Positions 43,807-52,926 of a stretch of DNA of 64,000 bases are shown here, piece by piece (positions within the stretch are counted from its first letter, which is position 1; every line of letters begins with the position of its first letter). The DNA comes from Opitutales bacterium (GTDB lineage: Bacteria > Verrucomicrobiota > Verrucomicrobiia > Opitutales > UBA2987), in the NCBI GenBank assembly GCA_965226885.1, contig CBDDEL010000009.1, positions 144,776-208,775 of the forward strand, written 5' to 3'. The notes under the pieces were generated by a model. It made no database searches and had not been told where the DNA came from. It was given only the letters and a program-made list of their open reading frames with translations. Position numbers and translations under genes: made by a program.

Positions 43807-44739
43807 TTATGGAGAAAATAATTCCGGTTTTTTAACGAAACCGTGACGCGCCGCGATCTTCGCTACTTCGGAAAAATCGGAAAGCCGGGCTTTCGTAAAC
43901 CCGCGCACCCCATACAATTTATTCAATAAAATTTTATCTTCCGGGTCGTTCCAATCCAGGGCCAGTAGGGCTTCCTGGATTTTCTCCCGGATTTCCTGGC
44001 TCAGTCCCCGGCGTGCCATGACCAGATGAGATGGACTTTGAATGGAATCGGCAATGGTCATTACCCGGTCGCGTTCCTCCGGCCGCAGAAGTAGGTAGGC
44101 GTACTGGCTGATCCCGGCCGCATCGACAAAGCCGTTGAGAACGGCGCGGATGGCCTGCTCGTCCCCGCCCGCAAAATAGACTTGTTTGAAAAATCCGCCT
44201 TCCGGCTTGTTGCCGTTGAGCAGTTTGGCCCGGTTGAAGACATCCCTTGGCAATAAATGCCCCGACATGTCCACCTGGTCGGCATAGGCAATGGTTTTCC
44301 CCTGCAAATCGGCCAGGCTGGCGATCGATTCTCCTCGCCTTACCCAGATAGAGGAGTGGTAGGTGGGTTGGCCGCTCTCATAAACTTCCAGCAAGAGCGG
44401 GATGACTCCGATTTGCTCATGGGCCATCATGAAAGCCAGTGGATCGACAAAGGCGAGGTCCGCTTTTTCAGCCCGCATGGCTTCGATGGAAGAGCCGTAG
44501 TCCAGGGTGATGAAACCCTTTACCGGCCTACCCAGAAGCGGCTCCAGGTAATTCAGAATGGCTTCGCTGTCGTAGGCCACCTGTTGGGGATTGGCATAGG
44601 AGATAAAGGCGATACGGAGTTCCCGTTCATCGGATTCCCCACCTTTTGCCAGCGGATTGGATTGCAGGATCGTCCCGACTACAACTGCTATAAAAAAGGC
44701 TTTCATGGACATACCCGTAAACGAAAATTGTTGGTTCAT
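43807..44739 (-). CDS. PhnD-like substrate-binding protein with atypical binding site
   Basis: Signal peptide; DY...IEAM....ADLAF..P, Y.S.I.VR, DLQGKTIAYAD; DMSGH and GGDE where PhnD has STSG and GH. Confidence 0.8.
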   Translation of the reverse strand: MNQQFSFTGMSMKAFFIAVVVGTILQSNPLAKGGESDERELRIAFISYANPQQVAYDSEAILNYLEPLLGRPVKGFITLDYGSSIEAMRAEKADLAFVDPLAFMMAHEQIGVIPLLLEVYESGQPTYHSSIWVRRGESIASLADLQGKTIAYADQVDMSGHLLPRDVFNRAKLLNGNKPEGGFFKQVYFAGGDEQAIRAVLNGFVDAAGISQYAYLLLRPEERDRVMTIADSIQSPSHLVMARRGLSQEIREKIQEALLALDWNDPEDKILLNKLYGVRGFTKARLSDFSEVAKIAARHGFVKKPELFSP

Positions 44740-46658
44740 TTTAACACCTCCACATTTTCTGCGTAGAGCGCCCGGTATTCGGCCACTTTGGTTCGCACTT
44801 CTTCAACATTGCCCTCGCGGTTGGCGGCAAGGGCTTCGTCCATGATTTCTGCCATCATTTCCAGGATCGGTCGATATTGTGAATCCCGCAGTTCCCATTT
44901 ATGATTGCGGATCTCGAACGCGATGGTTTGGAAAGTCAGATTGATGGAAACCTGCTCGTTCTTTTCTTCCAAAAACTCGTAGGCCGATAGAAAAAAGTAA
45001 AACTCCTCCATCTCGGCATCCAGGTAGTAGGTGGTGTCTTCGTAGGGATCGATTCCATCTCCCACCGTTTCCAAATAGGCCGTCAGGTCTTCTTTTTCAT
45101 TTTCATCCAGATTGAGGCCGTAAGTCCGGTCAAACCAATCGACGACCGAACGCAAGGTGGGCTGGCTCCCGTCATGAAAATAGGGCGGCGACCAAAGGGT
45201 GCTGAGCAGGGTGGGGGTGTCCATAGTCCTGTCCAGCGAGTTTTCTCCGTAACCGGATACCGTACCGATGTCGTGTCGTTTGTGATCGACGAAATTGGCC
45301 GAGGGAATATGGCAACTGGCGCAGCTCATCCCGCCCATGCGGGAAAAGGGTTTGTTGAAAATCATCTCTCCCCGTTTGGCCGTTTCCGGGGCTGTCTCGG
45401 CCAGCTGGCCATCTTTTTGCAAATGCTTGTTGGGCAGAAAGTCGAACTCGTTCATGTAGGCGATCAAACCGTCCAGGATAACAGGGTCCGGCTCCGGTCC
45501 GTTGAATTCATTGACGATTACATTGCGGGTAAATTCGCGCAGTGATGCGAAACGCCCGTTGCGTCCATAGGGAGCGGTAAAGCGGATGCCGCGCAAATCG
45601 GGGATATTGAGGGGATCGAAATGTCCGTTGTTGGCATGGGGGGCAAAGAAGCTGTTGGACACATCCATACCGCCCTTTCTTCCAGACAGGCCCGGTATCA
45701 TGAAATCTGGGTTGGTGATGCTTTTATTGTGGCAGCTATTACAGGACAAGCCGATTGAGCGCATGGGGTTTCCGTAGATAAAGGCGCTGTCGAAAGCCAT
45801 GTCCCCCACCGCTATGAGCGGCGTCCCGGCTTCGTCCACCCCGCGTGAAGCCATGTTGAGAATTTGCCGTGGGCGCGGTATTTGTTTGTTGATATTGCTG
45901 CCGGGGGGAAGTTTCATGGGCAGTCGCGCAGTGGAATCATAGGTTGGACTGCGGACCGGACGGGGGGCCAGTTTTATTCCGGCGGAAGGAATAAAATCTT
46001 CACCGAAATTCATGCTCAAATACTCGACAATTTGCCGGGCAGCCCGTTGGAAATCATCGCGATTGGCTTCCACCACGCCGAACCCCAGCAATCCCGCCGA
46101 CCCCAGCGCATTGGTCATGCCAAGCCAGCTTTGACCCAAATGGTAGTAGCCCTCCATATCGCCTACCCGTATAACGTCCGAAAATGAATCGAATACTCCG
46201 CGGGCATTTTCGACCTCTTTAGAGGCTGCCTGCGGGGTTTCAAACAACTCCTCGGCAACACCGATATGCTGCCGGCACAAGGCGGAAACGCTCTTGGTAA
46301 GGGTTTGAAAAACTTCCCGACTGTCCATGTTTTCGAGGCCTTTTATTAACTGCCGGTTAAAATGCTCTCCTACTGCCGGAGCGAACTCATTCCAGTAGTT
46401 GGCGACTGTTTCCAGGTCTCCCTTGACCCATTCCCAGTCCACCGGATTAAGATTAAGAATGAAGGCCGACCGCCGATAAGCCTCGGCCACCGGATGGAGG
46501 TTCTCCTGGGGAATAATGTGGGCTATGGCCAGACCTTGCCCCAATGCCAAAAGAGCGATTAGGGTAAACGGAATCTTCTTGCCAGGCAAACTTTGGCACA
46601 TCCGCAGACCAGCAATTTGATGGATGTTCGACCAGGTAAATATTGAATTTAAACGCAT
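44736..46658 (-). CDS. Exported di-heme cytochrome c peroxidase/MauG-family protein with long N- and C-terminal extensions
   Basis: CNSCH (45743-45729) and CASCH (45323-45309); P.LRGI..TAPY, RGE.IF, DTPTL....SPPYFHDGS..TL..VV. Start may be ATG 46601. Confidence 0.8.
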   Translation of the reverse strand: MRLNSIFTWSNIHQIAGLRMCQSLPGKKIPFTLIALLALGQGLAIAHIIPQENLHPVAEAYRRSAFILNLNPVDWEWVKGDLETVANYWNEFAPAVGEHFNRQLIKGLENMDSREVFQTLTKSVSALCRQHIGVAEELFETPQAASKEVENARGVFDSFSDVIRVGDMEGYYHLGQSWLGMTNALGSAGLLGFGVVEANRDDFQRAARQIVEYLSMNFGEDFIPSAGIKLAPRPVRSPTYDSTARLPMKLPPGSNINKQIPRPRQILNMASRGVDEAGTPLIAVGDMAFDSAFIYGNPMRSIGLSCNSCHNKSITNPDFMIPGLSGRKGGMDVSNSFFAPHANNGHFDPLNIPDLRGIRFTAPYGRNGRFASLREFTRNVIVNEFNGPEPDPVILDGLIAYMNEFDFLPNKHLQKDGQLAETAPETAKRGEMIFNKPFSRMGGMSCASCHIPSANFVDHKRHDIGTVSGYGENSLDRTMDTPTLLSTLWSPPYFHDGSQPTLRSVVDWFDRTYGLNLDENEKEDLTAYLETVGDGIDPYEDTTYYLDAEMEEFYFFLSAYEFLEEKNEQVSINLTFQTIAFEIRNHKWELRDSQYRPILEMMAEIMDEALAANREGNVEEVRTKVAEYRALYAENVEVLK

Positions 46659-46722
46659 GTATTGGAATAAGATTTATTATGTTTCGATTCCCAGAAACTT
46701 TTTTTTGGACTAATAGTCAAGG

Positions 46723-46744
46723 ACATTTTGATTAATCAAAATGT
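46723..46744. promoter_or_regulatory. Perfect 22-bp palindrome, candidate DtxR/MntR operator
   Basis: ACATTTTGATTAATCAAAATGT, 64 bp upstream of ATG 46658, next to a minus-strand TTGACT (46720-46715). Confidence 0.7.
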
Positions 46745-46869
46745 GAAAATAGAGCAATATTCCATCCTTGCCGGGATTGAATTAAGCCTGCCGGAATGAT
46801 GAGGAATGGTCCTCTTGCCGTGATCAATGAGTCGAAGGCAGGGCCTCAAATTCGGCCACCCACATCGGT

Positions 46870-47400
46870 TTATGGGGCTTTTGCCAGAGCCGCGAGGGCA
46901 TCCTGGGCCTGGCTGGCCGGGGTGGCCTTGAGATCCCGCCAGACTATTTTGCCGTCCTTGATGAGGAAAGCCTGCCGGCGGGCATAGGTATCCACATAGG
47001 GCACCCCAAAAGCCTGCACAACTTTTCCCTTGGCATCGGCAATCAAAGTGAATGGCAGGTGGTATTTTTCCTTAAAGGCCAATTGCGCCTCGGGCGTGTC
47101 CATGCTTACGCCAAAAACGGTGATGCCCGCTTCGCCCAACTCCGTGTAGGCGTCGCGCAGGTTGCAAGCCTGGGTGGTGCAGCCCGGCGTGTCAGCCTTG
47201 GGGTAGAAATACACCAGCACGGCGCCCTTTTTGTAATAATCCCCAAATTTTACTTTTTTGCCCTTCTCGTTCACGCCCTTTATCTGGGGGGCTTTCTGGC
47301 CAACTGCAATGGGTTCAGCCATTTCAGCCATAGAGGTTAATAACGAGATTGGGAAAAACAGAAAAGCCAAAAAAAAAGATTTCACGGCATAATTAGTCAA
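46870..47400 (-). CDS. bcp: Peroxiredoxin BCP/PrxQ with signal peptide
   Basis: YFYPKADTPGCTTQAC motif; hydrophobic N-terminus. Confidence 0.88.
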   Translation of the reverse strand: MTNYAVKSFFLAFLFFPISLLTSMAEMAEPIAVGQKAPQIKGVNEKGKKVKFGDYYKKGAVLVYFYPKADTPGCTTQACNLRDAYTELGEAGITVFGVSMDTPEAQLAFKEKYHLPFTLIADAKGKVVQAFGVPYVDTYARRQAFLIKDGKIVWRDLKATPASQAQDALAALAKAP

Positions 47401-47771
47401 TTCTTAATCGACCAGATAGTTGACTCCTTGGTCGCGCTGGCCAGTTTTTGGGTCGTGCGGTCGAGCCGTGTGGCCAGGGTTTTTATTATTTTCAGGGCAA
47501 TTTCGGGACTTTCCTTAATGAGCGCTTCCATATCGCCGTCCGGCACATGGATGACTTTCGAGTCGTTTTTCGCCCGCACCGTGCAGGTTCTGGGTTTTCC
47601 CAAAATATCCCCCATTTCCCCAAATATGGTTCCCGGAAACATGAGAACGCTGAGCAATACGTCATCCTTGAGCACTTCCAGTGAGCCGGATTTAAGGACG
47701 TAAAATCCCTGGCCGATCTCATCCTGCTCGATCACGTTTTGACCAGCCGGCACATTCAATTCCTCTTGCAT
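47397..47771 (-). CDS. Stand-alone cyclic nucleotide-binding domain protein
   Basis: FYVLKSG.LEV, FGEM...G.PRTCTVRA; no HTH. Confidence 0.85.
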   Translation of the reverse strand: MQEELNVPAGQNVIEQDEIGQGFYVLKSGSLEVLKDDVLLSVLMFPGTIFGEMGDILGKPRTCTVRAKNDSKVIHVPDGDMEALIKESPEIALKIIKTLATRLDRTTQKLASATKESTIWSIKN

Positions 47772-47877
47772 AATATTTCCCCGTGAAAAGGTTATGATGG
47801 TAGTTATTGGAAACTGAGGTTAGTTGTCGCTTTTTCTATTGGCAAGAAGCGGCAAGAAGCTTTTCTATCCAATGAAT

Positions 47878-49356
47878 TTATAAATTTCGCAAATAACGGT
47901 GCAGTTGCAAACTGTTTTTTTCCCCAATCCCGTCAACCGCGCGCAGTTCCTGGGGGGTGGCCTTTTTCAGCCTCTGAGTGGTTTTGAAATGATTGAGGAG
48001 GGCATTTCGGCGCACCGGGCCAAGCCCCGGCAAATCATCCAATACGGTTTCCTTCATTCGCCGTGAACGCAGCTGGGCGTTGTAGGTATTGGCGAAGCGG
48101 TGGGCTTCATCGCGGAGCCGCTGGAGCATTTTCAGCCCCTCGCTGCGGGCCGGCAGATTAAGGGGCTCCCGCTCATCGGTAAAAATGAGGGTCTCCCGTC
48201 TTTTGGCCAATCCGGCCATGGCCGGTGGTTCGATCTCCAGGGCAATGAAAGCTTTCAGGGCCGATGTCAATTGGCCTTTACCGCCATCGATCAGGATGAG
48301 GTCGGGGAGGGGCTTCTTTTCATTGAGGAGCCTCCGGTATCGGCGGCCGACTACTTCTTCCATGGCCCGGAAATCGTCGTTTCCGATAAAACTTCTTATT
48401 TTGTAGTGGCGGTATTTTTTTCGATCCGGCCGGCCTCCCGAAAAACGCACCATGGAGGCAACGACAAAAGTTCCCGATATATGGCTGATGTCAAAACACT
48501 CCATCTGCTCGGGCCGCCCCGGCAGACGGAGCTTCTCCTGCAATTCAGCCAAGGCCTCGTCAATCGCTGCGTGATCGGAGGGACCGAATGGGCGGGAGAA
48601 CTTACGCGTTTTCAGCACTGTCTTTTCCAGCGCAAAGACGATGTTCCTCAAATAAGCCGCTTTTTCGTATTGTCTCTTTTCCGCCGCAGCCATCATTTCG
48701 GCTTTCAGTTCGACCAGCCATTGGCGCGATTTCCCCTCCAGAAAGACGCACGCTTCATCCACCCGGCAGCAGTATTGTTCACTGCTGAGATGGTTGGGGT
48801 GGCCGTAAATTTCCTTCCGCACGTCCTCGTAAAGATGCCAGGAGCCATCCGGTTGGCGAATGGGCCGGGCGTCGCCCAACAGGATACCAAACCGCAGTCG
48901 CATCTGGGAAAGCGTTTTTCGCAAAAGGCCGGAGTGGGCGAACGGCCCGTAATAGGCGGAGGCGTCCTCATTGCGAAACCGGGTCAGCCGGAATCGCGGC
49001 ATTTCGTTCTGCCGATCGACCCTCACCAGTAGAAAGCGTTTGTCGTCCGTAAAATCGGTGTTGTATTTGGGCTTCCACTGTTTGATCAGCTTGCCTTCGA
49101 GCAGGAGCGCCTCGGCCTCCGACTTGACCTCAATGACGTCGAAACCATGAATGAGGTCCACCATGACGGCTATTTTCGGCTGCTGCGCGGTAAAACGGCG
49201 CGACGGCTGGAAATAACTGGAAACCCGTTTTTTCAAATCCTTGGCCTTGCCCACATAAATGATCCGGGCCAAACGGTCTTTCATCAGATAAACGCCCGGC
49301 CGGTGGGGCAGGTGCCGCACTTTTTCTTTTAAAAGGCTCGATTCGGGGGCTGGCAT
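47878..49356 (-). CDS. uvrC: Excinuclease ABC subunit C
   Basis: PGVYLMKD...IIYVGKAK.L..RV.SYF, ECFDISH, PDLILIDGGKGQL, RDEAHRFA, HhH C-terminus. Confidence 0.95.
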   Translation of the reverse strand: MPAPESSLLKEKVRHLPHRPGVYLMKDRLARIIYVGKAKDLKKRVSSYFQPSRRFTAQQPKIAVMVDLIHGFDVIEVKSEAEALLLEGKLIKQWKPKYNTDFTDDKRFLLVRVDRQNEMPRFRLTRFRNEDASAYYGPFAHSGLLRKTLSQMRLRFGILLGDARPIRQPDGSWHLYEDVRKEIYGHPNHLSSEQYCCRVDEACVFLEGKSRQWLVELKAEMMAAAEKRQYEKAAYLRNIVFALEKTVLKTRKFSRPFGPSDHAAIDEALAELQEKLRLPGRPEQMECFDISHISGTFVVASMVRFSGGRPDRKKYRHYKIRSFIGNDDFRAMEEVVGRRYRRLLNEKKPLPDLILIDGGKGQLTSALKAFIALEIEPPAMAGLAKRRETLIFTDEREPLNLPARSEGLKMLQRLRDEAHRFANTYNAQLRSRRMKETVLDDLPGLGPVRRNALLNHFKTTQRLKKATPQELRAVDGIGEKNSLQLHRYLRNL

Positions 49357-49384
49357 TTTCCAATTTTTGCGTCTATATTAATAG

Positions 49385-49845
49385 TTGGACAAGGAAAATG
49401 AAATTAGACCACATTCAGCTAGCAATGCCAGTTGGCAGAGAAGATGAGGCACGGGGCTTCTTCATTGGCATTCTTGAAATGAAAGAGGAAGAAAAGCCAG
49501 AACCATTGGCCTCGCGCGGTGGATGGTGGATGTTGGTTTCGAAAAAAGGGAGTTATTGTGCATGTTGGCGTCGAGAAAAGTTTCATTCCACAGAAGAAAG
49601 CACACCCGGCATTTGTCGTAGAAAATTTAACAAACCTCGAACAGAAGCTAAAAGAAAAGAGTTATCAGGTAATTTGGGATGAAGCGCTACCAAATCGTAA
49701 GCGATTTTATACGACCGATTCCTTTGGTAATCGAATTGAATTTCTAAAAGAAGGCGACGGTTTTAACCAAAAATAGAAAGCAGTCCTAAAAATCGATGCA
49801 TTTAACGCCATTTGGCGTCGCTCCTTTCCTCACTTCATCTCGACG
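49385..49845 (+). mobile_element. Probable solitary integron gene cassette with degenerate attC (about 49783-49851)
   Basis: G/TTGGAC core at 49384-49390 just before RBS and ATG; GTCCTAA after the stop; internal hairpin ACGCCA-TT-TGGCGT; ends TCATCTCGACG/TT. Confidence 0.55.
49398..49776 (+). pseudogene. Glyoxalase/VOC-family gene frameshifted by a 7-nt duplication
   Basis: LDHIQLAMP.G.E..AR.F and HVGVE..F.P.KKAHPAF...RFY..D.FGNRIEF lie in different frames; GGTGGAT x2 at 49518-49531; removing one copy restores SRGGCWF. Confidence 0.9.
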
Positions 49846-49896
49846 TTATTTATTATAAAATCCAAGAAAAGTTCACTGGATAAACCGGCCCCATTT

Positions 49897-51183
49897 ATGA
49901 CCCATACACTCCGTCTCGAAACCATAACTCTGGGTGATGAATTACTCCTCGGGATTCGTGAAAACAGCCACCTCACCTATTTGGGCGACCTCTTGGCCCG
50001 GCATGGGATGGCCATGCGGCGGAACTCCGTTATCCGCGATGAATCTGCGGATATTAAACGCATCTTTATCGATGCTTGGAACCATGCTGACATTGTTATC
50101 ACGACGGGGGGGCTCGGTCCCACCACCGACGATATTACCCGCGAGACCATTGCCCAGGCTTTGGGGCTTTCCCTCGTGCACGATGCTGCCGTGGAGGAGG
50201 CCATACGGGATCGCTTTGCCCAATTTGAACGGCCCATGACGGAGAATAACCTGAGGCAGGCCAAGGTTTTGGAAGGGGCGGACGTCATCCCCAACAGCTT
50301 CGGAACCGCCCCCGGTCTGTGGCTGGAAAAAGACGGTAAACGCCTCATCATGCTGCCCGGTCCGCCGATGGAGCTATATCCCATGTTTGAAAATCAGGTG
50401 CTCCCGCGAATGCAGGAAGAGGGGCTGATCGAGGAAAAGCAATCCTATTTGCAATTGCGCACCTGCGGGGCTGGAGAGTCCAGCCTGGAAACAAAATTGA
50501 GGCCTCTTTTCGATCCAATAGGCAAAAGGTTGTCGGTTGGTTATTGCGCGCACGAAGGCTTAGTCGATGTGCGCCTTGGCGGAGGGCCTGAAAATCCCCT
50601 CGAGTGGGCTGAAATCGAAGCTCTGGGGGAGGAATGCAAGGAGGTGATCGGTGATGATTTTGTAAGCTTTGGCCACGAATCCATAGCTTTACTCATCCTC
50701 AGCCACTTGCGCAGCCTGGGCAAACACCTGGCCGTGGCCGAGTCCTGCACGGGCGGCATGCTTTCCAGCGCCTTTGTTAAGATTCCAGGAGCGTCGAAAG
50801 TTTTTATGGGGGGCGCCACCTGCTATACCAACGAAGCCAAAGTGCAGATACTGGATGTTCCCGATGTCATTATTCAGCAGCACGGGGCGGTCAGCGCAGA
50901 ATGTGTGGCGGCCATGGCTACGGGAGCGGCTGAGAAATTTTCCGCCGATTATGCCTTGAGCGTCACCGGCATCGCCGGGCCGGGCGGCGGGACTTGTCAA
51001 AAACCGGTCGGGACTGTTTATTTGGGCTATCATTCACCCATCGGGGTCTGGTCCCAGCGCATTGTTTACCCCGGCAATCGGCAGGCCATTCAAGAAAGGG
51101 CGGTTTACGCCGCTCTTGACTGGATGCGCCGTAAATTGAAAAAATACGAAGTCGAAGACATTCTCGAAGGTATGGCCAGTTAG
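49897..51183 (+). CDS. cinA: CinA (MoCF-like domain plus NMN deamidase PncC domain)
   Basis: GDELLLG, TTGGLGPTTDDITR, GTAPG, LPGPP.E, AESCTGG, HGAVS, TGIAGPGGG..KPVGTV. Confidence 0.93.
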   Translation: MTHTLRLETITLGDELLLGIRENSHLTYLGDLLARHGMAMRRNSVIRDESADIKRIFIDAWNHADIVITTGGLGPTTDDITRETIAQALGLSLVHDAAVEEAIRDRFAQFERPMTENNLRQAKVLEGADVIPNSFGTAPGLWLEKDGKRLIMLPGPPMELYPMFENQVLPRMQEEGLIEEKQSYLQLRTCGAGESSLETKLRPLFDPIGKRLSVGYCAHEGLVDVRLGGGPENPLEWAEIEALGEECKEVIGDDFVSFGHESIALLILSHLRSLGKHLAVAESCTGGMLSSAFVKIPGASKVFMGGATCYTNEAKVQILDVPDVIIQQHGAVSAECVAAMATGAAEKFSADYALSVTGIAGPGGGTCQKPVGTVYLGYHSPIGVWSQRIVYPGNRQAIQERAVYAALDWMRRKLKKYEVEDILEGMAS

Positions 51184-51244
51184 GAATTCCGGTCATAGAA
51201 TATCGGGAACATTCTTTCCCTTTCCGTCCTCCTAAAGACCATCC

Positions 51245-51703
51245 ATGTTGATTCATAATTCATTTCCCGCTTTGATCGTATTGGTAATTAGCCCTGCCTT
51301 GGGTTTGGGCAACGATCTGGAAACGCCCAAAGTACAATTCGGCACCCTCGAAGTGCGCATCATCGGGTTGCGCAACGACAAAGGCACGGTTCACCTGGGG
51401 CTTTTTAATACCAAGGAAGGTTTTTCAAAACGAGGAATGGAGTTTCGCAAGATGACTGTGAAACCCGCCTCAGAAATCGCCATTGCGGAATTTACGGAAC
51501 TGCCCTTCGGTGAATATGCTGTAGCCATGTATCACGATGAAAACGACAATGACCGGCACAATAAGGGGCTTATATTGATCATGATGGAGAAATACGGGTT
51601 TTCCAACGATGCAAAACCGGGACTGAAAGGCCCACCGGAATTCGAGAAGGCCAAATTCTTTCTCCTCCAGAAGCAAAAAACCATCACCATCCGCGCCCAG
51701 TAA
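51245..51703 (+). CDS. DUF2141-family secreted protein
   Basis: Signal peptide; LRNDKG.V, LP.GEYAVA..HDEN.N, E.YGFSNDA, GPP.FEKAKF. Confidence 0.8.
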   Translation: MLIHNSFPALIVLVISPALGLGNDLETPKVQFGTLEVRIIGLRNDKGTVHLGLFNTKEGFSKRGMEFRKMTVKPASEIAIAEFTELPFGEYAVAMYHDENDNDRHNKGLILIMMEKYGFSNDAKPGLKGPPEFEKAKFFLLQKQKTITIRAQ

Positions 51704-51842
51704 TCATATTCTTTCTTGAGGGTCTCGGGTGAGATTTTCGAGTGATATCGAGGCGAATCCCGCCCGAATATACATTATGAACATTGAAATTTTTTTACCA
51801 TTTTGGTGAAAGAGAATTAGAGCTCCAAAGGATTTCCCAAGA

Positions 51843-51880
51843 AAAGCCGTCCCGGTCCAGAAAGTGCTTTGGACGGCTTT
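51843..51880. other. Intergenic hairpin (10-bp stem)
   Basis: AAAGCCGTCC-18 nt-GGACGGCTTT; possible terminator. Confidence 0.4.
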
Positions 51881-51963
51881 ATCGGTAGAAATGTATGCCT
51901 GTCTGTAAAAAAAGATTGACTTCCATTTAAAATACTAAAATAATTTAAGTTCTATAAACATTT

Positions 51964-52593
51964 ATGTATGGAGCATTCATTATGAACACAGAAAAAATTG
52001 AGCGCGTGCAAACGGATCTTCAAACCATGCGAGACGCAATGAACCTGGACCTGCCGTTCGATGAAAAGGACATCTGGCTCATGATTGGGATGGCTATTTC
52101 TTTGCTGCCACCCATCGCTGTGGGCATTTCTTGGCCGTTGGGCGTTGTGGAGTGGCTTTCTCTCCTGCCTATCGCGGTACTCGGATTGCTTGCGCTTTTC
52201 CGATCCTTTCGCCGAAGTTTCTCTCGGAAAACTAACGTAGGGATGAAGAAAGACAGCCGGTTTGAGTTAATTTTGGGGATGATTGTCCTGCCATCGGCTT
52301 TTGTCCTTAAGAAATGGGCTCCCGCTGCAGGTTTGCCGGTAACGGCAGTAGTAGCGGTCTTATTGGTATCTCTAGGTCTTTTATATTGCCTGTTGCCCTA
52401 CTGGAATAGAACACTACTACCCGGTTTAGGGGTGGGCTTCGCCTTTTTAGCAATTGGATTTGTGGCTCCTTTATTTCCCAAAGACTATCTGCCACTGTTT
52501 GCAATGAGCATCCTAATTCCCGGTATTCTAACGTCGGCGGGGATCATGCGTTGGCAACTCAATCGGAAGGATGGATCAAGCTATCGTGGATGA
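51964..52593 (+). CDS. Hypothetical multi-pass membrane protein
   Basis: About six hydrophobic segments; overlaps the downstream HTH gene. Confidence 0.65.
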   Translation: MYGAFIMNTEKIERVQTDLQTMRDAMNLDLPFDEKDIWLMIGMAISLLPPIAVGISWPLGVVEWLSLLPIAVLGLLALFRSFRRSFSRKTNVGMKKDSRFELILGMIVLPSAFVLKKWAPAAGLPVTAVVAVLLVSLGLLYCLLPYWNRTLLPGLGVGFAFLAIGFVAPLFPKDYLPLFAMSILIPGILTSAGIMRWQLNRKDGSSYRG

Positions 52594-52891
52594 GATAAAC
52601 TTCAACGGCCTGGATTCGGCGGTTCATGGTCCTCTTCGACTGGGAGTATTGACTTCATTACAAACTGACGGCCCGCTGGATTTTACTTCACTAAAGAAGC
52701 GGCTCGATGCAGCTGATGGTTCCGTCGCCATGCACCTGCGCAAGCTTGAGGAAGCAAGATACGTGACTTGCCAGAAAAGTTTTGTCGGGCGACGTCCGAA
52801 GTCCACCTACCGCATTTCCTCAAAAGGCCAGCAGGCGCTCCGGGATTACCTGGATACGATGCAGGAGATTATCAATCGATACAGAATGTAG
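52571..52891 (+). CDS. Winged-helix transcriptional regulator (ArsR/MarR-like)
   Basis: LD..VH.P.RLGVL..L, DF..LK..L...DG....HLRKLEEA.YV...K.F.GRRP.S.Y. Confidence 0.85.
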   Translation: MDQAIVDEINFNGLDSAVHGPLRLGVLTSLQTDGPLDFTSLKKRLDAADGSVAMHLRKLEEARYVTCQKSFVGRRPKSTYRISSKGQQALRDYLDTMQEIINRYRM

Positions 52892-52926
52892 ATTTCAAAA
52901 AGTAAAAAACTTAAGAGTCTTTAAAT

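Noticed and set aside
42213..44739. Canonical phosphonate or phosphite utilisation operon (phnCDE/ptxABC)
   Set aside because: No catabolic genes in the window, altered binding residues and a metal-dependent regulator; gene symbols were withheld.
51916..51946. Sigma70 promoter TTGACT upstream of 51964
   Set aside because: No good -10 hexamer at 16-18 bp spacing.
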